DNA from: Takakia lepidozioides
Lineage: Eukaryota > Plantae > Bryophyta
Reading direction: 5' to 3'
Length of the DNA: 64,000 nucleotides
Assembly (NCBI GenBank): GCA_030704615.1
Contig: CM060733.1
Coordinates: forward strand, 19,592,001-19,656,000
A program made the position numbers and the translations under genes. Below, in pieces: positions 1-13,782 of this stretch. Position 1 is the first letter of the stretch; every line of letters starts with the position of its first letter. Below the pieces are notes generated by a model that saw only the letters and a list, made by a program, of their open reading frames with translations, was not told the DNA's origin and searched no databases.

Positions 1-97
1 GATTCTTGTGTGGCAAATGACATGCACTGTAAACTTCTCAAATATTGTGGGACACATTGTTCTGGAGCACCCTACCCAACTCCATTGAAACCCCTTC

Positions 98-128
<31 letters not shown>

Positions 129-225
129 TCTTCCCTGTTTTTGTTTTTCTTTCCATTTTGTCCCATAAGCTCTATGAGCTTTCCGCGGACGTTATAAAGC
201 ACCATTTCATTTCGTTTCATTTCCC

Positions 226-1205
226 TGAACCTGTTTCCAGTCTGTGACATGGGGGAGGATATCATGGATGACCTCAAGGGTCTACCCACTCTTGGCACCA
301 GACTGAAATTTAAACTCAGGGCAGGAAGCCTACCTTTGAACATTAAACAGAAGCAGAGAGGAAAGGGAGAGTGCAATTGCCCGTTGTGTGGGCAACCCGA
401 AGACAATATTCATTTTCTGATTCACTGTCCGGGGTACTCTCACCAGAGAGAAGCTCTCCTCCAATCTATCAAGAGAATTGTGCCTGTACCTCTGTTTACC
501 AACTCTGAAAGTCTCGAGGCTGAGCCAAAAGCCCAGGCCCTTCTGAGGCCTAGTTTCTGGGCAAATCACACACAGCAGATTGATGCTTGTGTGAAGGGAT
601 TTCTAGAGGATATCTGGAAAACCCGAATCAATTCTATGTGACATTTTGGGCTAACACAGCCCCCAATGCTTATCCTGAGGCATCACAGTGTACATGAAAT
701 ACCACATGTCAGTGAGGGTTAATCAGTACAGGTGTAGTTGTTACTGTCAACAGGCTGCAGAAAAATAAAAAGACCACATATTCACACTACAGAACTCTTG
801 CATGAAATCATCCAAATACTCATGGAAAGATTCACTTATCACTCTCTGGAAAGTTGCTGGTGCATTACAAAGTCCAAAAAGGCATGACTTTGTATGCATA
901 AGCACCTCAGTCTGTGATGAAAGTTGTCTTTCCATGATCTTCTTCAACTACTTGTACTTGGTTATACCCACTGAAGTCATCCATGAATGAGTACATCTCA
1001 TGGCCTGCCACAGTGTCCAGTACAGCTTCTGTGAATAACAAAGGAAATGGATCTTTCTTTGTATAAAGGTAAGTCTTACTACCAATGTCAGCCCCTGACA
1101 GAGGTAGGTTCTGTCCCTTTGGTTTCCGCTCAAACTGGGCGCGGGGTCAATGGCCACAAGGCTACGGCAAACGTCTTATGAGTACATTCTCTTTCTGTCT
1201 TTCTA
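226..1205 (+). mobile_element. 5'-truncated non-LTR retrotransposon (LINE) 3' end with C-terminal CCHC zinc finger, interrupted by a ~420 bp insertion; lies in a TPI intron
   Basis: ORF 249..641 contains CPLCGQPEDNIHFLIHCPGY (zinc knuckle typical of the region after LINE RT). Homology to the other copies stops at ~636 and resumes at ~1060, ending TGGCCACAAGGCTACGGCAAACGTCTTATGAGTACATTC plus a CT-rich tail. Confidence 0.8.
747..947 (-). mobile_element. Ty3/gypsy reverse transcriptase fragment nested in the LINE remnant
   Basis: LFGLCNAPATFQRVISESFHEYLDDF matches the gypsy RT motif MPFGLxNAPATFQR. Confidence 0.7.
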
Positions 1206-1561
1206 GCTGCTATGGTAGGTGTGGAATCAAATGCCCATCTTGATTTCAAGAACAGATGAATTTGATATAAGCAGAGGGACCAGTTGACTTCACTAGACGA
1301 GACGAAAGTACCCCAAGATAGTAAGATGGACCTGTCAAACAGGGCAGATCACATGTGGAATTTTTATGGTAATGAATATCTCAAGCCCAGACATTCCAGG
1401 CAAAGGAGTGGAGGATCACAGCCTAATTTGAAGAACGCACTATTAAAGGCCCTTCCAATGCTGGGAATAATGGATGAAGATAGCAAGGATAAACCAATTC
1501 AATCAACTTCATTAGTTCCTTAGGTCTCCATCTGATATGGACTACGTAGTGGTGCTTGCAG

Positions 1562-3638
<2,077 letters not shown>

Positions 3639-4471
3639 TGAAGCTGAGAGGACTCGCAAGCATCTGAAGAAGGAAGCCGGGATCATCATCTGGGACACCT
3701 TGTGCAGAAGTAAGCACAGCGTTGTTTAAGAGCTGAACTAGATTTGGCCAGTGGTGGACATGGGGACATTGCAAAAGCATATATTGACCAGTTCGTTTGT
3801 TTCTATCCTTTAGAGTGCCACAGGGTATAACAACATAAGAGAACCACCTGGCAAAACTGCATGTATAGAGTTTGATGCAAGGATTTTTTTTAGGTCAGCA
3901 CAAAGCAGGATCTTGTAGACCAAATTAGTAGACTGAACCATAGTCTTTGTCGAGGCTTGAGTGGTAAAAGTAGTAGCCAGGCCATAGGGGAGACATGTTG
4001 ATGCTGACAACCTTTTGGAGAGGTTTAACGGGTATGCTCCACATCCTTGCAACCGTTTTGCATCCTTTAGATGTCTAGAGATGTCTCATGGCAATTCAAT
4101 CCAATGTACTTCCGCAAGCAACCTTAGGTAATACCCAACTCGCTCACTAATTGTTCTTCTTATTGCTCCAAAAGTTGCAAGACAACAAAAAAGAAGTATG
4201 ACGCCTCTTATGGTGTCTCTTCACCACAAGGGCTACTGCCTTCCAGCTGAAAGGTGGCGCAAGACAACAGTGTAAGTGCATGAAATATAAAATTGTGTAA
4301 ATGAGGTTGTGTGCGGACATTGTGTGGGCTAGTTTCCTGGTCAATTTTTGCTGGGATGCAAGCACATAACAGTAATAAAGTACACTGCTGGGTACTAGCA
4401 AAATCCCAGCAACGATTGACCATGGAACTAGTGAACCCTGTTAGCAAAATTTCTACTTATAGGGCCGTGGG

Positions 4472-6682
4472 TTACGCGGGCACCCATGCTGTTGAGAAAC
4501 TGACATTGTGGCCTTTCCATGTGAGGAACAGGACGTCTTCATCCTCATCTTTCCTCAGCCTCCAACAACCCGAGTGCTCCCCCAACATGTGTTTGAGCTC
4601 TCCCATCACCTCCTGACTAAATGGAATCATCCGAAACTGAGCTTTCTTCATGCGCTGCATCCATCTGTCTTTGCCCTCCACCCGCTCGATTCTTTGTCGT
4701 CCCTCACAGGCGATAATGTTTTCTATTCTGTTGGCGATCTCACCCTCATAGTGTACTCTCTGGTCACTGTTCCGGGGTAAGAGTGCATCCAAAGCATCAA
4801 ATGGGATCCACAGGTAGTTGAAGGCCGCCTTCAATCTCGTGACAATCTTGGGGGAAGTAAGGTTGGCATCCTCATCTGTTAGAGTCACGACAGCAGGGTT
4901 GAGATTTCGAACTAATCTCAACAACTTGTCACGAGCGCAGGAAGATGGATCAACCCCCTCATCGGCCACATAGTGCAGTCTGAGCAGGCAATTTACAGCA
5001 AAGACCTCCCCATCTCGCACATCGATCGTGGAAGGATCTAGCAGCTCACAATCTTGAGGAAGCAACTGAAACTCGAAGGGAACATTCTTTAGGCGAGCGA
5101 ATTTGGCCAGGCGGTGGAGCAATTGTTCATAGCTGACTTCCAGTAAGGGAGGTACCTGGGATTGTGCGACGCACACGCTCAGACGAAAATGGGGAGGCCC
5201 CTCGGCTCTCTCAGCGAAAGCCTCAATCAAAGTGGGCCATTGCATGCAATGACTGGTGTTGAAATCGAAAATGTGCACCCTATCCTTCCCCCTAGAAGCT
5301 TCCAAAATTGCTCCATTTGCTGCTATGTACCCAAAACGGTACCATGGCATCACATCAACGTAGTTCGTGAGCTCCATCACAGTAGTTATTTTGCTGCAAT
5401 TCAGGGGCCCCTGAGGCTGTGGAAGCATATGAGGTGTAAATTTGGCAGCTCGTGATATGAGGGCCCTAAGGAAGCAAGCCAAGAGTTTTTGGTTCGGTTC
5501 CCCATCCATCGATGCAATGTTGCTGATTACCCAAGTGATTTGCTGGGCGGATTGCACATCGTTGGCCTCCAGAGCCGATGCACAGTGGACAAGGAGTTGT
5601 TCCATGGTGTTCAATTCGCGAGAGCCCACCAGGCTCCCCAAGCCCCGCATCCCAAGCGCTTGCAGAGGCCGTGTCTCATCATCTATGGGGACTCTATGAA
5701 GTCTCTCGATGTCGGGAAATGTGGTGGCATTGGCCAACACGGGTGCTATCTCCTGTGCCCCGAACCTCTCGAAGATATCCTGATTGATCGGGAACGATCT
5801 TGGATGGACAAGATGATTGACGGGCTGGAGTGCTCCATTGATGCCTTGCAAGTTCCCTCGCGAATCGACCTCCGTGACTTCCATCCCGGATGCATGTCGA
5901 CCCTGTGCTTCCCCATGATTTCCCATCTGTGGTTCTCCCATTGTTTCCGAACGGTCAGGAGAAGATATCATCGTGCTTGCTTCTTGCTGCTGGCACTCAT
6001 GACTGGCAGCCAAATCGACCATTCCGTGTTCACCCTTCTGGGTCGACAACCAGCGCTCTGTCTGCCACTTTCTAGGAGAGTTCCTCAGCACCTCCCTCAG
6101 AGGCTCGTCGATGGGTGGGCGACTCTTCGATTCGCTCATAGCGGGTGCCTCACTGCGGTTGGCCATTTCCAATGCATCCCCTAGAGTATCTAACTGAGGA
6201 CCACAATTTTCAGTTCCCTTGAGAGTGTTCTGCTGCCTTAGCACCTCCGTCCGCGTTTGTGCCATCACTGGACCTTCACGTTTGCGCCATTGGGACGCAT
6301 CTGCTGTCTGAATGGCGCCAGGATCATCAAAAAACTCACACACCGGAGTGTTGTACGAGAGGTGCTCAGGAACTTGGCGACTATATTGGAATGGGATTTG
6401 ACTATTCCTAGCTGTTTCAAATGGCCTTGAACCCCTTAATTTTTCGAGCTGGGTCCAAGGAGCACCATCATGCTGAGAGTTGAGAACCTGCATGCTTGCA
6501 AGATCGAAAGGCCGGTGAACAAGATTTTTCTCCATATCTGACGCCATGAACAGTGGCCGCCTACTTCTCCTTGCGGTAAATATCGAACCCAGAATAGTTG
6601 CACTATCTCGATAGTCAGCTTTTACATCCAGTCCATTGGCAGTCTCAAATGCAGCACATTTTCGACCATTTTCTTCCTCCAT
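4472..6682 (-). CDS. GRAS family transcription factor, SCL32/SHR-like clade, intronless, 736 aa with a long N-terminal extension
   Basis: LHRI MEQLLVHCASALEAND, PWYRFGYIAANGAILEA, VHIFD (VHIID), HCMQWPTLIEA, PFEF, IENIIACEG..RIER, and SAW-like WKGHNVSFSTAW. Confidence 0.92.
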   Translation of the reverse strand: MEEENGRKCAAFETANGLDVKADYRDSATILGSIFTARRSRRPLFMASDMEKNLVHRPFDLASMQVLNSQHDGAPWTQLEKLRGSRPFETARNSQIPFQYSRQVPEHLSYNTPVCEFFDDPGAIQTADASQWRKREGPVMAQTRTEVLRQQNTLKGTENCGPQLDTLGDALEMANRSEAPAMSESKSRPPIDEPLREVLRNSPRKWQTERWLSTQKGEHGMVDLAASHECQQQEASTMISSPDRSETMGEPQMGNHGEAQGRHASGMEVTEVDSRGNLQGINGALQPVNHLVHPRSFPINQDIFERFGAQEIAPVLANATTFPDIERLHRVPIDDETRPLQALGMRGLGSLVGSRELNTMEQLLVHCASALEANDVQSAQQITWVISNIASMDGEPNQKLLACFLRALISRAAKFTPHMLPQPQGPLNCSKITTVMELTNYVDVMPWYRFGYIAANGAILEASRGKDRVHIFDFNTSHCMQWPTLIEAFAERAEGPPHFRLSVCVAQSQVPPLLEVSYEQLLHRLAKFARLKNVPFEFQLLPQDCELLDPSTIDVRDGEVFAVNCLLRLHYVADEGVDPSSCARDKLLRLVRNLNPAVVTLTDEDANLTSPKIVTRLKAAFNYLWIPFDALDALLPRNSDQRVHYEGEIANRIENIIACEGRQRIERVEGKDRWMQRMKKAQFRMIPFSQEVMGELKHMLGEHSGCWRLRKDEDEDVLFLTWKGHNVSFSTAWVPA

Positions 6683-7416
6683 GTACCTTCACACCTGATA
6701 AACTACATCAACTCTCAGCATGTTGGTGCAGGATAAGCTGTGACCTTAGGACACACAGGGAGAGGAGGGTGGGGAGGGGCGATAGATCAGATCAGAAGGT
6801 TACCATTTCAAATGGCCTTTGAAGCCCTTGAAGCAAGCAACTCTAGAAAGAAAGCAGAAATTGCGTTGTGATTCTTGACTCTTGACTCTTCCCACGGAAT
6901 CGAAGGGATTTTCAATAGGAGCTCTTCTTCCAGCAGCAGCTCCTGAGAGATTGGTTGCGCAGCCGTCTCTCTCGTCCCACTGGGTAACAACAAACTGCCT
7001 TACCCGGACCGTCGGTCCAAATGAACTACCGGACGCAAGGGGACAATCGCCACATTTGTCGTCGAGCGTCACGTTATTTTAGTCCCGTTCGTCAAATGTT
7101 TGACGTCCGAGTCGGTATCGCTACATATATTCTTCCACAGTTCAGATATTCGATTCCAATCGTTAAAAATAGTAAGTTATAGAATGGGAATATTGTTTAA
7201 ACTTAATGCACTCGAGAGATCTGACGCTACCGGATTCCGGCTCCCTGTCAAATTCTCCCCAACCCCTCTTACCCCGGGTTCACTATTAAAAATTTAAATC
7301 ACGAGATATGTGGTGGCAGTAACAGACAGCAGGGTGCCCAGTTCAGATCTTTGTGGGTGGGTTGTAATGTTGTAATTGCTCTTAGCACATTTTATACCAA
7401 GTCACTTAGTCAAGAC

Positions 7417-8305
7417 CAGTGTTGGGCGGTTACCCGCCTGGGCCCCGGGTAACCGCCGGTTCGGGTTCCGGTTATGTGGAACCGGACCGGAACTGGACCC
7501 GCCTGTGCAGAACCGGAACCGGAACCGCTCATTGGGGATTGTGTGGGAAACGGAACCGGCGGTTCCAGCTCCAAAGCGGTTCCGGTTCCGGTTCCGGTCC
7601 ACCCGTGGGCTGTAGCCCTAAATGGGGCTGTAGCCCTGAATGTCTCTAGTACCTACCAAAGCGCTTCTAAGTCCGGTTCTTGGTTCTTGACCCCTTGGTG
7701 GGGCTGGTGGGCCCAGGGAAAAACTTATTTAATGCTCTTAAGCTCCTGAGATCCTGGGTTCAATGCTTGAAGGCCATGAGATTCTATGTTCAATGCTTCA
7801 GCGCCATGAGATCTTGGGTTCAATCTCCAGCTCCATGATATCCTGGCTAAGTTCATTAATAAAATGTTTGAAGATGCCAATACTTGCCAGGTAGCTGAAT
7901 AGTATTTTCAACCCATAAAATTTTACCCATTTTCTTCTACCAGTTTATTTAGAGTATTTTTGTTTGTTTTTTTGTGTTAGTGAAAACTAACAAAATCGTT
8001 GGATTTTAGTTCAAATATGTGAATACACTGCTATTTAATCTACCGGACTGATAAAATATTTTAAATCTAATTAAATTAAACAAATATATTTTTAAAATAG
8101 AACCGGAACCTAACCGGAACCGATGGTTTTTATCAGCAACTAACCGGTAACTGGAACCGCCCCCATGTTTAAAAGTTGGATCCGGAACCGGACCGGAACC
8201 AGCTCAATAAAAAAAAACCGGAACCGGATCCGGAACCGTCTCTTGAAATAATTTTGGAACCGGAACCGAAGGTTCCTTCACAAATGCAAGAACCGCCCAA
8301 CACTG
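7417..8305. mobile_element. Non-autonomous hAT-type DNA transposon (MITE), 889 bp
   Basis: Perfect 15-bp TIRs CAGTGTTGGGCGGTT / AACCGCCCAACACTG; 8-bp TSD GTCAAGAC (7409-7416, 8306-8313); dense subterminal AACCGG repeats at both ends. Confidence 0.92.
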
Positions 8306-8667
8306 GTCAAGACCAATTGTGATTTACCCCCTCCATTCCATGTAACCCCTAGTGAGGTTACACTCCCTTCAGTTGTCACTCTCAAGAGGGGGTGGGGAAA
8401 ATTTGACATGACAAAAACCGACCATACCGTAGTTTCAGGGATTGCACCTACACCTGTGCATTAAACAAAATGTGCATGACGTCATTACATTATTCCTAGT
8501 GAATTCTCTTATGATATTATGTGACAAATATATAGGGAACCACACTATGCTCCTCCTGCATGTACATCCACCTATTTGTAGAGAGCGAGATTAGGCAGGG
8601 CCAAAGTTAGTGTGCGTAAGAGCCCCTGCTGCGAAAAGTCTAAACCATGACGCATGTCATACGCCAG

Positions 8668-9330
8668 CCTCATCCACAAAGAACCATAGAATCGTGGGTT
8701 ATTTAAGGTTTTTGCTAGTAACCGGAAGCTGCCCATCAGCCACACGGATGTCTAAAATCGCGACCAAGGCACCCTCATCCACAAAGAACCATAGAATCGT
8801 GGGTTATTTAAGGTTTTTGCTAGTAACCGGAAGCTGCCCATCAGCCACACGGATGTCTAAAATCGCGACCAAGGCACCCTCATCCACAAAGAACCATAGA
8901 ATCGTGGGTTATTTAAGGTTTTTGCTAGTAACCGGAAGCTGCCCATCAGCCACACGGATGTCTAAAATCGCGACCAAGGCACCCTCATCCACAAAGAACC
9001 ATAGAATCGTGGGTTATTTAAGGTTTTTGCTAGTAACCGGAAGCTGCCCATCAGCCACACGGATGTCTAAAATCGCGACCAAGGCACCCTCATCCACAAA
9101 GAACCATAGAATCGTGGGTTATTTAAGGTTTTTGCTAGTAACCGGAAGCTGCCCATCAGCCACACGGATGTCTAAAATCGCGACCAAGGCACCCTCATCC
9201 ACAAAGAACCATAGAATCGTGGGTTATTTAAGGTTTTTGCTAGTAACCGGAAGCTGCCCATCAGCCACACGGATGTCTAAAATCGCGACCAAGGCACCCT
9301 CATCCACAAAGACCCATAGAATCGTGGGTT
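8668..9330. repeat. Tandem array of a 105-bp unit, 6 full copies plus a partial
   Basis: Unit CCTCATCCACAAAGAACCATAG...CGACCAAGGCAC starts at 8668, 8773, 8878, 8983, 9088, 9193 and 9298; the full copies look identical. Confidence 0.95.
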
Positions 9331-11979
9331 ACTTAAGCACTATGACCAGGTGGTCCTTACAACTAGGTTTATTTAAGGTTTTTTGCTAATCAGCCGCACA
9401 CACATGACGTGTTCCTTACAACTACAGGGCTACCTAATTCCAAAGTCAATATGTAAAATAATGAATTAACTATAATACTTGTGACTCAAAGGATCCTTGT
9501 GCTAAAAAGAGAAGAAACAAAAAAATAAAAAATAAAACAAAAACATATAGTTAAAAATTACAAAAACAAACAAGTAAATACTAAATACTGTGAATCTTGT
9601 CGTCTAGGGGGCGACTTGTGTCGACGGTAGTATGGATGGATGAAAAATTTGATAGTCGGTCAATCTGGTGCAAGTTTGTCGCCACACATCGCCGGCGTAT
9701 TGAGGCAGGCACTAGCCGACACACTCCGACTCTGGGCCGTCTGTCGCATGCTGGAGAATCAAACAAGCGATGGCAAGCTTGTGAGACTGGAGAGGCGAGA
9801 GAGTCGACTCTGATTGAATGAGATAAGATCCAGAGCGTGCAGCGGGGTGCTTGCAAGCAGTAAGATATTGAGATGGAGGTTTGTGTAAGTAAGTAGTAGC
9901 AATGCAGCTGCGGCGCCCTGCCTCCGTTCTCATGTGTCGTACCTCGGTTTGATCGTGCTACGGATACCAGATTAGTGTACAACATACGTTTGTGCATCTC
10001 ACTTTGAGAAGGCATTGGCATTTTGGCCTGCACGTTCTGCTACCTCATATCTTCAATTTGTTTAATCCTCCAGTCATGGAGTTGCAGGTAGCCTGGTACG
10101 GTACTCTTCTAAACGGCGATACAGTTTTCGATTCACAGTCGTATAAAGAACAAAGCCAGGGTGGTAGGGTGCTGAAGGCAATCGCTGTATAACTTTGCCC
10201 TAATAACTTGGCTACCTTCATGTAGTGGTGGGACATGCTGCAAAGGGATAACAAGGCCTGGTTTTTGTGTAGTAACTTAGACTACGACTTGACCTAACTG
10301 GTAAGCGTGGCAGCCTTGCCGGTAGGGTCGACCGGGATGCCCTTACGGCCATCTTCTGGCGGGACGCGGTATCAAATCCCCACCCCCACCGCTCCCCTCT
10401 AACTTGTCATCCTTCAATGTAGATTAAAGCATTAAGAGATCGAATGTTTGGTAAGAGGTGCTAGTGATGCACTGTAATGACGAGGTGTGAGATTCAGCCC
10501 GACAAACAAAGCACATAGAATGATTGATAGCATTTGCAACTGATTGACATATTTTTTCATCTCCAAAATAATTCCAAGTCCAAGATCCCCGCTCTGCTCC
10601 CCTATTCCTAAATACCCGCTCCCCTGTTCCCCTCCTTGTTCCCAGTCCCACTTCTCTTTACCTGTCCCTGGTCCTCACTCCCCTGTCCCCGTTCCCGCTC
10701 CCCCTCCTCACCCTGCGTACTCCCCGTGTTCACGCTCCCCTCCTTGCCCTCCCCTCCTTGCCCTGTGGAATGTGGCTTGCTCCCTGTTCCCGCTCCTTGC
10801 TCCCATGTCCCACTATGGGAAATGGGGATGGGGGAGTAGGAACTAGGAACAAGGGAGCAAAAATGGGAGATTGTTTGGGAACATGATCCTGAAGGTGGGA
10901 GCATGAGGAGGGAACAAGAGGTGTGGAGCACTCCCCACCTTCTTAGTGGGGGAGGAGATTTGACTGGCAGTCTCCCGGGGACCTCCAGCCAGCGGACCCC
11001 GCCCCCTCATAATGGTAATAATTAGTCATCTTTACTAGTAAGTCCAGGGCTCACCAGTGCCCTTCTCTTTCTTTCAAACCCTAAGCCTATCCGTCTTTCC
11101 TGTACATGCTCCAAGCAAGCTGCTGTAAATTACAGCTCTAGTATAAGGTACGCAAGTACAGGACAGGATTTACACTGAGTGCTACAGTCATAAACTATGG
11201 TCATAATTTATAAACCATCCACTTCTTTCTAGACTTTTTCAGAAAGTACATGAGAAAACTTTGGACTAATTGTAAGAAGTCACTTCTTTTCATGCAATTT
11301 AATATGGTTTGATATGATATGGTTGCGTGAAAGGTAAAACATTTGTCAACCTGGCTTGTGAGAGTAGTTTCTCAAAGTTGTCTATAATAATGAAAGTGAA
11401 AAAACATTAACCGGTCAACAAGAAGGTAGGCCGACCTGTCCAAAAACACTACTGAATTGTAGGCATGGATTTGCAAAGGCAAGTAGCTGCTAGTCCTGCC
11501 GCTGAGCCCTGCATATCCGGCAGTTGACCTCAGTTGTTCGAAACCATGTGCACGCACAAGGAATCCATGGCCACCAGCAACTTGAGTAACTTATGGGAGC
11601 TCTAGATAGATCCATCACGACACCTCCGTCACTGCCCTGGCATTGCATAGTCAAAGTACACACAGCGTAGACGGGAGAGAGGACATAACTAATAAAAGCC
11701 ACTTCACCTAATCTGGTTGCTACCATATGGGGGGCCCAAGATTCTAATAAATAAGAGCAATGCCATGTGATTGCTACTATGCAGTGTTAATCTGGGGAGT
11801 AGCTCACCTAAACAGATTGCTTACAGGGATCTGACGAGATATATCAGATAGGAAGATTTCAAATCATATCACTGATAGTCCAAGTTAGGTAGAATGACTA
11901 ATGAGCCTCCAATATGGTGGTTATTAGTTATTACATATTTGGAAGAACCCTAAAGATAACACTTCAAAGGGCATTTTAA

Positions 11980-12947
11980 CCCTTCAAGGACGAGCCTGTT
12001 TTTGGTGGGCCCCGTCTAAAACCAGACATACCCTCACGGATGAGGGTGTATCTCCCATTGGACAAACATCCGAGGGGATGAACCGTTCCAAAGTCATCCT
12101 ACCTACTTCATGCACCTGAAGTAAAAATTTCAGGAGAATTGACCGTCTAAAGTGGAAGATTATAACAAAAATTCTAGGTTTTTTTTTTTTTGTTGGATAT
12201 ATTTTCAACATGAAAATTTGGTTTGACCAAGCAGATTGCCAACCTTTTTGATTTTTCATTGATACAGCCTACCCAGATTCAGATTATACGGCACCCACAG
12301 CAAAGCCTCCCAAAATTCCAGAGCCAAATTCCAAAAATGCATAATGGTTGCTTTGTATGGGAAAACAGGGGGGTCAAAATGCCCATTTCTCTCATGGGAA
12401 AAACACATCCCCCCAAATGTGGGGCAATTTGTGAGGGAATCCAAATTCCTCTCGTCATGTTGTTGTTTGCCTACCTACCGAGTACCCTGGAAAAAAAATT
12501 CCACATTCTAAGCTGTTTGTAGGCAAAGATTGCCAAAAAACCGAATCCCTACTTGAATCCCAGCTCCGGCCAAGAATTGCCGGAGCCGGTGGAAATTCCC
12601 GGCAAAAAATCCGGCCACGTCATCACAAACCAAGGAAGTCACGGGGCCCTCCACCCTGCGTTTCAGCGCTCTCCCTCCATGACCTGCCAACGGCCACCTG
12701 ATTGTGCGCGTGCCGGGGGTCCGCCGCTGTCCGAACGGGCGGACATGCAGCCCCCCGCTGTCACCCGCTGCCGGCAAACGCCCACCCCCCCCAATCCTGC
12801 CTGCCACGTCTGCCAGTCAACCTGCTGACGGGCCCAAAACCACAGGATTTTGGGTACCCCTCCAGATTCATCCGACATGATCTGCGCATTTATCATCCAA
12901 TCGAAATTTCGACCCGACCCGATACGGGTCGCCTCGTCCTTTCAGGG
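11980..12947. mobile_element. Non-autonomous TTAA-specific (piggyBac-like) DNA element, 968 bp
   Basis: TTAA|CCCTTCAAGGACGAG ... CTCGTCCTTTCAGGG|TTAA: 13/15 TIR match with CCC termini and TTAA on both sides; no transposase ORF. Confidence 0.75.
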
Positions 12948-13782
12948 TTAACAAACAAGAGATTACACTTTTGGTAAACATTACAAAGAACAATTTCCCA
13001 TATAATATTTTAGAGAGTACAAAACTCCTAACAAATATAGAGAAATAACACTCATACTTATCCACCAGACTTGTACCGGAAAATAAGAATGCATGGAGAA
13101 GAGCCAAGTGGCAAACGCTAAGGAGCTTGGAGATAAACCAAATCTTGCCCCAAATTGGCTCTCTGATAAAACTGGCCATCCAACTCTGCTCCATGCAATC
13201 AACATACAAACTCCCTACCTCGAAAAAGTAGTAGATCTTAGCCAGGTCTTGATCATGCAAAAACATTCATTGTTACAGGTCTGGCTGCAATGCAAACACA
13301 ATCTGAGCTTTCCAGCCCTCCTCGTTTGGGGTCCTTCATGCACTAGCATTGTGCCCAGCTGGAAACCTTGTGTAGGAACAAAAGAGCTGATATCCTCTCA
13401 AGTTCTGCCACCCTTTGGCTATCTGGTATCAGCACGGATAAGACTGAAGCACTGAAGCGCTTTGGCGTGCCAGCTATGGTTATACTACGACATGATTATA
13501 ACTTCTAACTAATTTACTAGATCAACTAAATCTAAAAGAAGAGAGAAGAGAAGAGAAAAAAGCATATGGATTGCTGAGAATATTGCCCATGATAGTGCTT
13601 CAGCATTTACTTCTGTGGACTAAGAGCCTTCATGAGCTAGAGCGGTGTTCAGTCAGAGTGGTCACTTTTGGCTTGTGACTGCTGCTAATGTTATAGAGAG
13701 AGGACAGGTAATCTTCTGAAAAGAGACTAGGGACATCAAAACCTAGAAGCTTACTTGTCCATGAATATATCAGTCCACTATA

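Noticed and set aside
5489-6184. 231-aa antisense ORF in the GRAS gene and similar shadow ORFs in the PPRs
   Set aside because: Expected antisense shadows of long coding regions; no independent motifs.
8610-9389. 259-aa repeat ORF or CRISPR-like array
   Set aside because: Units are contiguous with no unique spacers; the ORF starts at GTG and follows simply from a stop-free 105-bp unit.
10560-10990. C-rich then G-rich block as a MITE or Pro-rich gene
   Set aside because: No convincing TIR or TSD; ORFs reflect low complexity. Probably a degenerate TE.
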